Source: Candidatus Riflebacteria bacterium HGW-Riflebacteria-2
GTDB lineage: Bacteria; Muiribacteriota; Ozemobacteria; Ozemobacterales; Ozemobacteraceae
NCBI GenBank assembly: GCA_002839435.1
Contig: PGYA01000006.1
Location: 50,132-114,131, forward strand
Direction: 5' to 3'
Length of the DNA stretch: 64,000 nt
This document shows positions 28,233 through 36,773 of this stretch, in pieces. The notes beneath the pieces are model-generated. The model had not been told where the DNA came from. It made no database searches and was given only the letters and a program-made list of their open reading frames with translations. Position numbers and translations under genes: made by a program. Position 1 is the stretch's first letter. Each line of letters begins with the position of its first letter.

Positions 28233-31200
28233 ATGGGAGGCACACTAAATACTGGGGACTCAATGCCTGCAAACTGGGAAATTGGTGATTTGATTCTCGG
28301 ACGTTATGAAGTGCGCGACATTTTTTCTGGCGGCATGGGCAAAGTATATCGTGTCTTTGACAGGCTATGGCAAAGAGAGTTGGCTGTAAAAACTCCCAAC
28401 TCGGAATTTTTTTCAACTCCTACTACAAAAGAGGGGTTTGAGAAAGAGTGTCTGACTTGGATTAGTCTTGGTTTACACCCTAATATTGTTCCCTGCTACT
28501 ATATAAGTTCATTTGGCAACGTCATGCGCGTTTATTCAGAATTTATATCCGCTGGTAGTTTGCAATTGTGGATTAAATCCAAGCGTTTATACCAGGAAAA
28601 GCATCAGGGTGATAGTATCCGAAGAATTTTAGACATTGCAATACAGTCGGCCAGAGGGCTTGAATACGCTCACTCGAAAAATGTTATTCACTGCGATGTG
28701 AAGCCGGCGAATATACTTGTTTCTGATGCTGGTTCCGTTTTGATAACTGATTTTGGGCTTGCAAAAACCTACAAGTCAGAAAGAGTGCAAAAAATAGATC
28801 TTCAGATATCACCTGATAGTATTGTTTGCAGCTCTGGAGGTCTTACTCCCGCCTATTGTTCTCCGGAGCAGGTATATGACTCAGTTGTAACGCGTCGGAC
28901 AGATATATGGAGCTGGGGTGTTACTGTTCTTGAAATGCTATCAGGTTCCATTTTTTGGCCTGATGGGCGTTCGGCAAACGAAGCTTTGCGGTTGTATTCT
29001 TCTGGCCAGATAAACAACACTGCCGTAAAGGTTCATTTGCTCCCCAAGGAACTTATAAATTTGCTTGCTGCGTGCTTTTTAGAGGATGAAATAGAACGGC
29101 CTCAAAATTTTGGAGTCATAGAGAAAGCTCTCTATTTAATTTACAAAGATTTTACAGGCAATGAATACCCTTTATTAAAACCGACTCATACCGATCTCGA
29201 CGCTCCTTCTCTTAACAACAAGGCAATTTCCTTCGTTGAACTTGGGAAATACTTTAATTCAAGTGGGCAATCAGCGAACTCAATAATTCGAGAGCTTAGA
29301 ACTAAGCATCATGACTATGAAATTGGGTTCATTAACGAAATTCTTATGGAATGGCGAGAGCTAGGCATGCCTGTTAACGAGTTAAATCGTCGTCTTGATA
29401 ACTTTGTATCTTTAAACACAGATGAAGAAATTATTGCATGCAAACTCTCACTGGAACTAGAGAAACTTGACCTGGAAAGAGCTGAAAAGCAAGCAAGGCT
29501 TCTGTCTGAAAATTCTTGCTTCAAGCAGGAAACCTTGAATGCAGTGGCCTCCAGAAAAGAGAGTATACGAAGGGACTTGGAGGAATTCTTCTGCACGCCA
29601 TCAGATTTTGACTTGAATGAGACCATGGAGTTATTGCATCAGCTGTTTTGTCGAGATTACGATAATTTTGTTTTCCCTCTATGTTTTGCCAGGCCTGATA
29701 CAAATCTCGTGGCTTTTATAAACACCATAACTCATGAGTTAGTGATTTTTAACTATAAAATGCGCAATGTTGTATGCAACATCAAGTTGGATCGGCCCTA
29801 TTCACGAATTGCCATCTCAGAAAACGCCAAGCTGGTTGCTGTCTGCTCATGCAAGGGGTTTGATACTGAAAAAAAATCTTACCGATTGTCGGTATTTTCA
29901 GTTAGGGAAGGCAAATTGCAGGGTTCGGCAGAAGGAGATTCTATCTGGAGCCAGGCAAATGTAACAGATTTGACCATAGACGATATGGGCAAACGTGTGA
30001 GTATCTGGTGGAGGGCTAATAGCTCGGTTTATGAGGGCGTGCATGACTTTTGCGATGGCAAACTTGGATCCTACCGGCTTGATTTTCGTAAAGTTAGTTG
30101 TTTTCGCAATTTTGATAAAGTTGTCATAGAAGGTTCTGCTAAATATCTTCTGTTCCTTGCCGGAAAATCATGCATTCTTTGGCAAAACATGGCGATTGAA
30201 CCACACGCAGACGCTCTTTTCAATTTATTCGATGTCGACTTTGGATATTATGAAGTTAGAAATCGTTTGGTTCAAGGTTTTTTGCCCGGCTTGGAGCCTT
30301 ATGTTGATTATTCAAAGGGTCTTGCATGTTGCCAACTGTATCGATTCATGGGGAAATTGCTGTCTTTAAAACCCTCAGTTTATGCCAGCTATATTGTTTG
30401 TCAGCCTTCAACTATCGATGAACAGTTACAACGGAAGTCTCAAAGGTTATTGTTATGGAGTCAGGGAAATGAGGCTGAAAAATACGGAGATATTCAATCA
30501 GCAATAACATTCTACTCAGAATGTGCTCTTCTCGGTGGTGGTAATCAGGAACTGGTATTTGCAAGACGCCATAGTCTCGTGAAGGCGTTGGATAAGTTTC
30601 AGCTGACCAGGGCCTGGCCAGAGAGAACCTATGATCAATATTGGGAAGGAGATATTCTTGGGCTTAACTGTGAGGGTAATAAAATTGTTATTCAAGGTTA
30701 TAATAGGGTAGAAACCGTTGAAATGCCAGAACTCACTACAGTCACCAATCATTATGGAAAATTTTATTCAGATAAAGGCAAAGTAATAATAGGTCTGGCG
30801 GCAACTGGTAATAATCATTTTCTTGTGTATGCCCATGAAACTCAGCCCCCGTATTCAAACAAGCTTGTATTAGCCGAAAACATTGGCGGGGAATTACAGG
30901 ATAAGTGGGTAGTGAATTATGAAGCTGCTCCCGGCTGGAATTGGCCAATAAAAAGACTTGCAGTAACGGATCGCATGGTTTTTGCAGAAACGAAGCCAGG
31001 AATTGTCAATCGGATTGCTCTTTCTGACGGGCAAATGCAAGAGATAGATATAGGCACTGATGAGGTCAGTTTCATAAGAAAAGCTACCGCTGGTGATAAT
31101 GCATGCATTTTTATTGCTTTTTCACGTTATGGCTACGAGATTTTAGATTTTGATGGGAAAAAACTGGATTTTACCAATATGCAGTTGGCTAGATCAAAAT

Positions 31201-31571
31201 CAATGAGAATCGAAGCAGTCTCTGATGACCTTTCAGCTGTGGTTTGCTGGCTGGATAAAGGCAAATTAGCTGTTTTTACCAGGCATTCTGATGCTCCCGC
31301 CATAATATGGGAAAATGACTTGTTTTCAGCTGAGAGCAATTCTTTTTTATACCCACATAGCATCGTGATTTCTCCATGTGGGAAGGCCGTAGCTTTGGGA
31401 ATGGGGGGGCTTATACAGATTAAGTGTGCTCTGTCTGGTCGAACTATTTTGGAATGGAAATGTCCAGAATGTAAATCAGTAGTATCTATGGCCTTCGATA
31501 AAGATTCACGATGGCTAATTGCCGCTCATAGCATAAACATCATCGAACAATTTCAGCTGTATTGGTCTTAG
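28233..31571 (+). CDS. Hanks-type Ser/Thr protein kinase with helical and degenerate beta-propeller regions
   Basis: GGMGKVY, AVK, HPNIV, HCDVKPAN, TDFG, TPAYCSPEQ and DIWSWG motifs; C-terminal ISPCGK and VVSMAFDKDSRWL WD40-like strands; start may be ATG 28263. Confidence 0.9.
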   Translation: MGGTLNTGDSMPANWEIGDLILGRYEVRDIFSGGMGKVYRVFDRLWQRELAVKTPNSEFFSTPTTKEGFEKECLTWISLGLHPNIVPCYYISSFGNVMRVYSEFISAGSLQLWIKSKRLYQEKHQGDSIRRILDIAIQSARGLEYAHSKNVIHCDVKPANILVSDAGSVLITDFGLAKTYKSERVQKIDLQISPDSIVCSSGGLTPAYCSPEQVYDSVVTRRTDIWSWGVTVLEMLSGSIFWPDGRSANEALRLYSSGQINNTAVKVHLLPKELINLLAACFLEDEIERPQNFGVIEKALYLIYKDFTGNEYPLLKPTHTDLDAPSLNNKAISFVELGKYFNSSGQSANSIIRELRTKHHDYEIGFINEILMEWRELGMPVNELNRRLDNFVSLNTDEEIIACKLSLELEKLDLERAEKQARLLSENSCFKQETLNAVASRKESIRRDLEEFFCTPSDFDLNETMELLHQLFCRDYDNFVFPLCFARPDTNLVAFINTITHELVIFNYKMRNVVCNIKLDRPYSRIAISENAKLVAVCSCKGFDTEKKSYRLSVFSVREGKLQGSAEGDSIWSQANVTDLTIDDMGKRVSIWWRANSSVYEGVHDFCDGKLGSYRLDFRKVSCFRNFDKVVIEGSAKYLLFLAGKSCILWQNMAIEPHADALFNLFDVDFGYYEVRNRLVQGFLPGLEPYVDYSKGLACCQLYRFMGKLLSLKPSVYASYIVCQPSTIDEQLQRKSQRLLLWSQGNEAEKYGDIQSAITFYSECALLGGGNQELVFARRHSLVKALDKFQLTRAWPERTYDQYWEGDILGLNCEGNKIVIQGYNRVETVEMPELTTVTNHYGKFYSDKGKVIIGLAATGNNHFLVYAHETQPPYSNKLVLAENIGGELQDKWVVNYEAAPGWNWPIKRLAVTDRMVFAETKPGIVNRIALSDGQMQEIDIGTDEVSFIRKATAGDNACIFIAFSRYGYEILDFDGKKLDFTNMQLARSKSMRIEAVSDDLSAVVCWLDKGKLAVFTRHSDAPAIIWENDLFSAESNSFLYPHSIVISPCGKAVALGMGGLIQIKCALSGRTILEWKCPECKSVVSMAFDKDSRWLIAAHSINIIEQFQLYWS

Positions 31572-31613
31572 TAAGATTCGGAATGCAAATCTTGACAATA
31601 TTTTTCGGGTATT

Positions 31614-32234
31614 TTATCCATCAGCTTTTTCAATAAAGTTTCCTTCCTTGTCGTATACATAATTTATGGATTTAAAATGGAAGCGTATATCTGAATTTCC
31701 AGCAAGGATTTCACCTCCGCAGAATGGGTGTTTAAAGCCTATTGGAATAGCCTCGGTCTGCTCATGCAGGCGTTTCCATTCAACATTTGTCAAATAAACA
31801 TGTTTTTCTTCACCACAAATCAGACATTTATAAGGGGACTGCCTATCCCGCATAAGCTTCAATCGGGCAAGGTCTTCGGCAACATGTTGTTTTAATGCTG
31901 TGATCTTGTATTGTAATTCTTTAACTTCTTCCGGGAGTTTTGGTTTTATGCCCAGCAGCTTTTTGTGCCAAGGTATTTCACTAGGCTGGCTCTCTTTGCT
32001 TTTCTCAAGTGCCGACACCAATACTTGCAGCAAATTTTGTCGGCCCATAATTTCTTTTTCGTCTGGAAACGCTTCAATCAATGCAATATTTTTGCATCTA
32101 AAGCACCAGCCAAGCTCACTACTAACTGGTATATAGCTCTCATCGCAACGATAATTTCTTCTTCCAAAGCATTTGAGACTGGTTGATTCAAAGTCGCATT
32201 TTGAGCACTGGAATTCAAGGTGAGGCAAAGACAT
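31614..32234 (-). CDS. Hypothetical protein with zinc-binding motifs and a coiled coil
   Basis: GGAGGAG RBS; CSKC, CFRC, CLIC and HPFCGG motifs. Confidence 0.75.
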   Translation of the reverse strand: MSLPHLEFQCSKCDFESTSLKCFGRRNYRCDESYIPVSSELGWCFRCKNIALIEAFPDEKEIMGRQNLLQVLVSALEKSKESQPSEIPWHKKLLGIKPKLPEEVKELQYKITALKQHVAEDLARLKLMRDRQSPYKCLICGEEKHVYLTNVEWKRLHEQTEAIPIGFKHPFCGGEILAGNSDIRFHFKSINYVYDKEGNFIEKADG

Positions 32235-32451
32235 GTGACTCCTCCAAAAAAATATCTCTCAATTTCGCTTCCATTTTATTGGATTTATGCTAACACACTC
32301 CAACTATGCTGTGACAGAAAATTAGATCTCCGATTCTCACCTGTTTAATATGTGCTGTTTTAGAAGGTTTAGACGGGGTTTGCGCAATCGTCGAAGAATT
32401 CTGTTTTTACATCATGTCATTTGCCAGAGCGGTTATTGCCAGACGAAGAAG

Positions 32452-32483
32452 GGCAACGACAGCTTATAATGCCTGTCGTTGCC
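32452..32483. terminator. Stem-loop downstream of the 33130-32516 ORF
   Basis: GGCAACGACAG / CTGTCGTTGCC perfect 11-bp inverted repeat; no clear U-tract. Confidence 0.4.
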
Positions 32484-32515
32484 GATGATTTATACATCCT
32501 GTGACGGAGTGGTTA

Positions 32516-33130
32516 TTAATTGAACGTTTCGGGAGCTATGTCATCTTCAACTCCACGGTAATCTACCACTTCCCATTTATCAGCACTGGATTGATGGGCC
32601 CTCTCGACGAAGTCAAGCATCAGAAAATTTTTCCCTTTTACAAAGGTTGCTCTTAAATCCTGGTCTACAACTCTCATAACAACGCATTCATCGGTCCAAT
32701 CAATATAGAAAGTGCCATCTGGATTTTGTTTGACCTGATCCAGCCGCCGGCACAACTCTTTTGCCCGTTCGGTCATTGAATGCAAGCGATGGAATTCATC
32801 ATCTTCCGGCCACCACGGGTGGTGGTTACAGATGGTGTGATAGCTTGGTTCAAGCCCGCTAAAGTCATCGACGCCGTTCTTTACCGTTATATGAGATTTT
32901 TCAGAGAAGTTATTGGACATAAAGATTAACTGCGCAAAGAAAGTCACATCTGGATACAGCGTGGACAGTTCTTTGATCTGGTCGATTGGCGACTCGTCTT
33001 TCGCCGAGATACTAAGTTCACACTGATTTTGGTCGGGGTGAACAGTAGCCCATAGCTGGTTTGCTGATGTAAGTATCTCGTTAAATCGTTCTGCGTTATC
33101 AATTGTTAAAGTCATGAAAGAATTGCACAT
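32516..33130 (-). CDS. Hypothetical protein
   Basis: Open frame of about 204 aa from ATG 33130 (MCNSF) with an AGGAG RBS. Confidence 0.6.
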   Translation of the reverse strand: MCNSFMTLTIDNAERFNEILTSANQLWATVHPDQNQCELSISAKDESPIDQIKELSTLYPDVTFFAQLIFMSNNFSEKSHITVKNGVDDFSGLEPSYHTICNHHPWWPEDDEFHRLHSMTERAKELCRRLDQVKQNPDGTFYIDWTDECVVMRVVDQDLRATFVKGKNFLMLDFVERAHQSSADKWEVVDYRGVEDDIAPETFN

Positions 33131-33336
33131 TATAGTTACTCCTATACAAGTTGTTGCTAGCCGCTCACGTTCCACCCGCTCGATTTATTGCATTTGCGAA
33201 CACCTCCTTACTTTCCAGTGAACATGACAAAGTCGTCCGAATTTGCTTTGCAGCTGTTCGTGGTAGGTTTGAATGTCACTAACAGGTTGGGAATTATTGT
33301 TTTTTATGATGCTAGAAGCTAATCATGTAAATGAAA

Positions 33337-34872
33337 TCACTGAGAGTCGTTGCTCTTAAACCCGGATAAAAGCGCCGGGTTGATAAGAACGATTCGCCGC
33401 TTGTTGACTTCGACAACTCGTATTCGGTCAAGATTAAAAAGTCCTTCCAAGGCCGGTTCAAGTTTGGCCTTCAAGCGGAATCCACCTGGTCCGCGCTGCA
33501 TAATTTCTCCAGTGGAAATTCTGTCGACGTTGAGTTCTCTGCAGCGCTTCAATAACCATTCATCAAGACGTGCCAGGTTAGGTGAATCTTCGGATAGTGC
33601 TATTTCGCCAAGAAAGCGCTTTGATTCCATCAGATGCCAGCGTGCAATTTTTGTTGCAGACTGCATAGAATGGGAGCTTATGACAGAACTAAGGCCGCTT
33701 TCGAACACTTCAAAACATGCTGCCAAGCGTGCAGCATTGTCAGCGCTTTTGCTCGCAACGTCCCTGACATCATCTAAATCCCCGCCTGGCTTTAATTCAC
33801 TTTCTACTGCATTGTAATAATCAATCCAAAGCTGTCGAGCCTCTTGCGTGAATTTCATCATTGCCGGCGCTAATCGTCCTCCTGCTGCAATGGGCAGAGG
33901 CATATTAAGAAACTCAGCTACATGATTTTTGAAACTTTCCAGCGCCGGCCAAGTATTGGGTTCGTCTTTCCATGGTCGAAATCCTTGAGTGCTTTCTGGC
34001 CAAGAGACCAAAAATCGTGCCAGGAAGCCGCTGCCACGGGCAAGCACACCCAATTTGTCAAGGAAAGACCTGATTGCAGGCTCTTGAATCTGTAATGACA
34101 TGGTTAATCGAGCACCATCAACTTCAGTTGATTTCACCGTTTTCCTTTCCAAAGAACAGCGCCCGCCGCTCCAGAGGGTATTATAGACACTCAGGGTTCT
34201 CATACAAATGTCAGGCTGCATGCTATAACTGCCAAATACCGTTCCAGCTTCATCAGAAAAAACGCATACTGAAGGTAAGTTCTCTGCAAGACTTTCTAGT
34301 AATTTCTCCGGGGTAACATCCTTGAAAAGAATTTTAGCCTCTGGTGGCTGGATCGGTGCGTTGTTCTCCAAGATTCTCAAGCGCTCCTTAGGATTGCTAG
34401 TGTTCTCGTTTTTTCTTGCGCCGTTCTTGATCAACTCTTTCAAGCCATTTTTCTCCGCTTCCCATGCCTCTTTTTTTGCCACATAGTCTGCACGGACGTT
34501 TTTCATCCGAGCCTGCTCTCTAGCCTGATACTCATAGATTGGAGTTGTAAAATAGCTGTCAATGGTTGATTTGCGTTCTCCGCTTTCAGCGATAATCATT
34601 GCGAACAATGAGGCCGGACCTGTAAGCGTGGTCGATCTTTCTACGTCTACCTGCCCTTGAACAGCAAAAGACACGGTAGATAAAGCGCAAGTTGCAATCA
34701 TTGCAATCGGTGCCTGCGCAAATGACTGAACCTCGCAAACTGCACTTTTAATTTTTTCGGGTAAGGCATCAATTGGATATGGCTCTGGCATTATTGGTGC
34801 CACGAGCGGTTTTGGTTCTGACCAGGAATTTGACTCATCTCTAAGTGATTCCAGGGAATCTATTTTATTCAT
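33337..34872 (-). CDS. YfjI/DUF3987 family protein (putative replication helicase)
   Basis: YPIDALP, AESGERKS, DVTPEKL, SDEAG and GSGFLARFL motifs; ATG at 34872 with a GGAGG RBS, overlapping the upstream stop. Confidence 0.88.
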   Translation of the reverse strand: MNKIDSLESLRDESNSWSEPKPLVAPIMPEPYPIDALPEKIKSAVCEVQSFAQAPIAMIATCALSTVSFAVQGQVDVERSTTLTGPASLFAMIIAESGERKSTIDSYFTTPIYEYQAREQARMKNVRADYVAKKEAWEAEKNGLKELIKNGARKNENTSNPKERLRILENNAPIQPPEAKILFKDVTPEKLLESLAENLPSVCVFSDEAGTVFGSYSMQPDICMRTLSVYNTLWSGGRCSLERKTVKSTEVDGARLTMSLQIQEPAIRSFLDKLGVLARGSGFLARFLVSWPESTQGFRPWKDEPNTWPALESFKNHVAEFLNMPLPIAAGGRLAPAMMKFTQEARQLWIDYYNAVESELKPGGDLDDVRDVASKSADNAARLAACFEVFESGLSSVISSHSMQSATKIARWHLMESKRFLGEIALSEDSPNLARLDEWLLKRCRELNVDRISTGEIMQRGPGGFRLKAKLEPALEGLFNLDRIRVVEVNKRRIVLINPALLSGFKSNDSQ

Positions 34873-35240
34873 AGCCAACCTCCATCTGGCAGCGTTCGTG
34901 GGGATTTCAAGCCCGCCCGCCAACCTGATTCGAATGTTGCATCTGCTTCAGTCTTATTTTTGAATGAGCCCCCGCGCTTTAAATATGCTGTGGTCAGGTG
35001 CTGTTTGAGAGGTTCTTTGTCGAACAAGCCCAGATGATGAAATTGCGCAATCTTCATTGCAGCAGTGTTTAACGCCGAGTTCCCAGTCCCGCCTGGCGCT
35101 GTCGCGACAGACTCCAGCTCGCTATTGAAGATGTTGTTGAAGAACGAAAACCTTGTCTCGGCTGCGCCGGATGTGATAGAATTACTACAGTTAAATTTTT
35201 CTGGTGCCGAGCTTTGGCTCGGTGCTTTTTCTTTTAGCAT
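34869..35240 (-). CDS. Primase-polymerase C-terminal helical domain only, probably truncated
   Basis: APGGTGNSALNTAAMKI...EADATFESGWRAGLKSPR resembles prim-pol C-terminal domains; no catalytic N-terminal domain. Confidence 0.55.
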   Translation of the reverse strand: MLKEKAPSQSSAPEKFNCSNSITSGAAETRFSFFNNIFNSELESVATAPGGTGNSALNTAAMKIAQFHHLGLFDKEPLKQHLTTAYLKRGGSFKNKTEADATFESGWRAGLKSPRTLPDGGWL

Positions 35241-35243
35241 GGC

Positions 35244-35444
35244 TTATTTTCCGCTGCTGGTTCCCATCTGATTGATGAGAGCCTTGATGTCTTCAACTCG
35301 CCACAGCGAAGATCTTCCCTGCTTAACTGGTTTTGGATATCTCCCAGCCTTCATTTCCTTGTAAAACGCCGCTTTGCAGACCGGTATAAAAACCAAAATC
35401 TGCTTCAGTCTCAAAAATCCTGTTTCGGGTAACGCTATAGCCAT
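35244..35444 (-). CDS. alpA: AlpA family regulator / excisionase
   Basis: LPETGFLRLKQIL..IPV.KA.FY..MK.GRYPKPVK.GRSSLWRVEDI motif; GGAGG RBS. Confidence 0.9.
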   Translation of the reverse strand: MAIALPETGFLRLKQILVFIPVCKAAFYKEMKAGRYPKPVKQGRSSLWRVEDIKALINQMGTSSGK

Positions 35445-35502
35445 AAATGACCTCCATTAAAATTGAGTGCATGGCTATAGAATCATTTTTGAAACTAAAA
35501 GT

Positions 35503-35534
35503 ATGGGGAAGAAGTTTTCAAACTTCTTCCCCAT
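35503..35534. promoter_or_regulatory. Perfect 15-bp inverted repeat upstream of alpA (operator or terminator)
   Basis: ATGGGGAAGAAGTTT-TC-AAACTTCTTCCCCAT. Confidence 0.6.
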
Positions 35535-35552
35535 TGCTTTTTAAATGGTGAT

Positions 35553-36698
35553 CTATGCAGAAAATATTTTTTTTACTTTTTTAGCTGCATCTAAAAATTC
35601 GGCATACTGCTTGGCAAATTTTTTCCCAAACCACCTATCGTATGATTTTTTAATCAATCCACCGGACTTGGCATTCAGCCCCATTTCTTTCAGTATATCA
35701 GCTACTTCATCAAATTTATCATCACCTGATTTGCGATTAATACGCTTTACGATAGGATTATTGATTGGGCCGTTTTTAGCAATCTCTAACAACGCCCAGG
35801 TTTGAGCAGCCAGTTTCTGATTTTCTTTTTCTATGTTCAGGTTTGCTCCCTTTGCATAAGGATAACCAAAAGCCCGCGGATTGTTCCAGCCGCTATCTCT
35901 ATCCTTTTTGCTCTTTGCCTTGCTGCTAGAAACAAACTCCTTGATATCTCTAAATTCTTTCACAATCCATTCTGGGAGCGTCAAACGGCACTCTGCGCAG
36001 TCGAACAAACATTGAAGCAAAAAGCCGCCACGTTCTCCAGCTTCCAGTTCTTCAAGCTGAGCTTGCCTTCCAAGCAGATCTCTTGCTCTAATAGCTCGGT
36101 AAGCTGGGCTCAAGTGAATTGTTCTGGGCGTCTCAAGCATCACTTTTTTAACGATGCCCTCCACGCACATTCTCATGGCCTCTTTAACACAATCTTTATC
36201 TGAAGCTGCCCATGGATAGAATGAGCTCTGCAGGGCTTTGCCTGTTGGCATAGCAGCATCTTCTCTGGCAGCTTGTTGCGCAAATTCTTCTTCGTCCTGA
36301 GCATCAGGCATGCTCTTCCAGTAGGCATTAGTCTCAAAAAAATCTTGATCAAGCTCGAATTTAATAGCGTTTTCTGGCAGCTGCTCTCTTTCAGTAATGC
36401 TTCTGGCAAGCACGCCAACAATAGTATAGCGGCTATCATTTTCTTTAATCAGTATCTGACTGTAAGGCGAAAAATAGACTATGATCCTATCAGGGCTGGC
36501 TCTCTTGGCCATACCAAAAAGCAATTGATCCTTCTCAACATCTCGGAAAAGGTGTATTTCTGACTTACCATCGACGACCCGACTAATGGGCCTTACTTCA
36601 GCAATGTCATTTTTAAAAAGCCTAAAAGGGCTCATTTCATCAGTCTCTACGCGCAGTGAGATCAAGCTTTTGTCCTCAGTGTCTCTAATAACAGGCAT
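35553..36698 (-). CDS. Hypothetical protein between the integrase and alpA
   Basis: 381-aa ORF with a GGGAG RBS; no recognisable motif. Confidence 0.7.
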   Translation of the reverse strand: MPVIRDTEDKSLISLRVETDEMSPFRLFKNDIAEVRPISRVVDGKSEIHLFRDVEKDQLLFGMAKRASPDRIIVYFSPYSQILIKENDSRYTIVGVLARSITEREQLPENAIKFELDQDFFETNAYWKSMPDAQDEEEFAQQAAREDAAMPTGKALQSSFYPWAASDKDCVKEAMRMCVEGIVKKVMLETPRTIHLSPAYRAIRARDLLGRQAQLEELEAGERGGFLLQCLFDCAECRLTLPEWIVKEFRDIKEFVSSSKAKSKKDRDSGWNNPRAFGYPYAKGANLNIEKENQKLAAQTWALLEIAKNGPINNPIVKRINRKSGDDKFDEVADILKEMGLNAKSGGLIKKSYDRWFGKKFAKQYAEFLDAAKKVKKIFSA

Positions 36699-36773
36699 GC
36701 CATTTATCTCCCGAGGTTATTGTTAGCAAAATTAGCGTGATTAGCATTAGCAACCCAACCGAGTTAAAAAAAA

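Noticed and set aside
28233-31571. Calling the kinase PglW (type 2 BREX)
   Set aside because: No N-terminal NERD domain or second kinase domain recognised, and the surrounding genes are type 1
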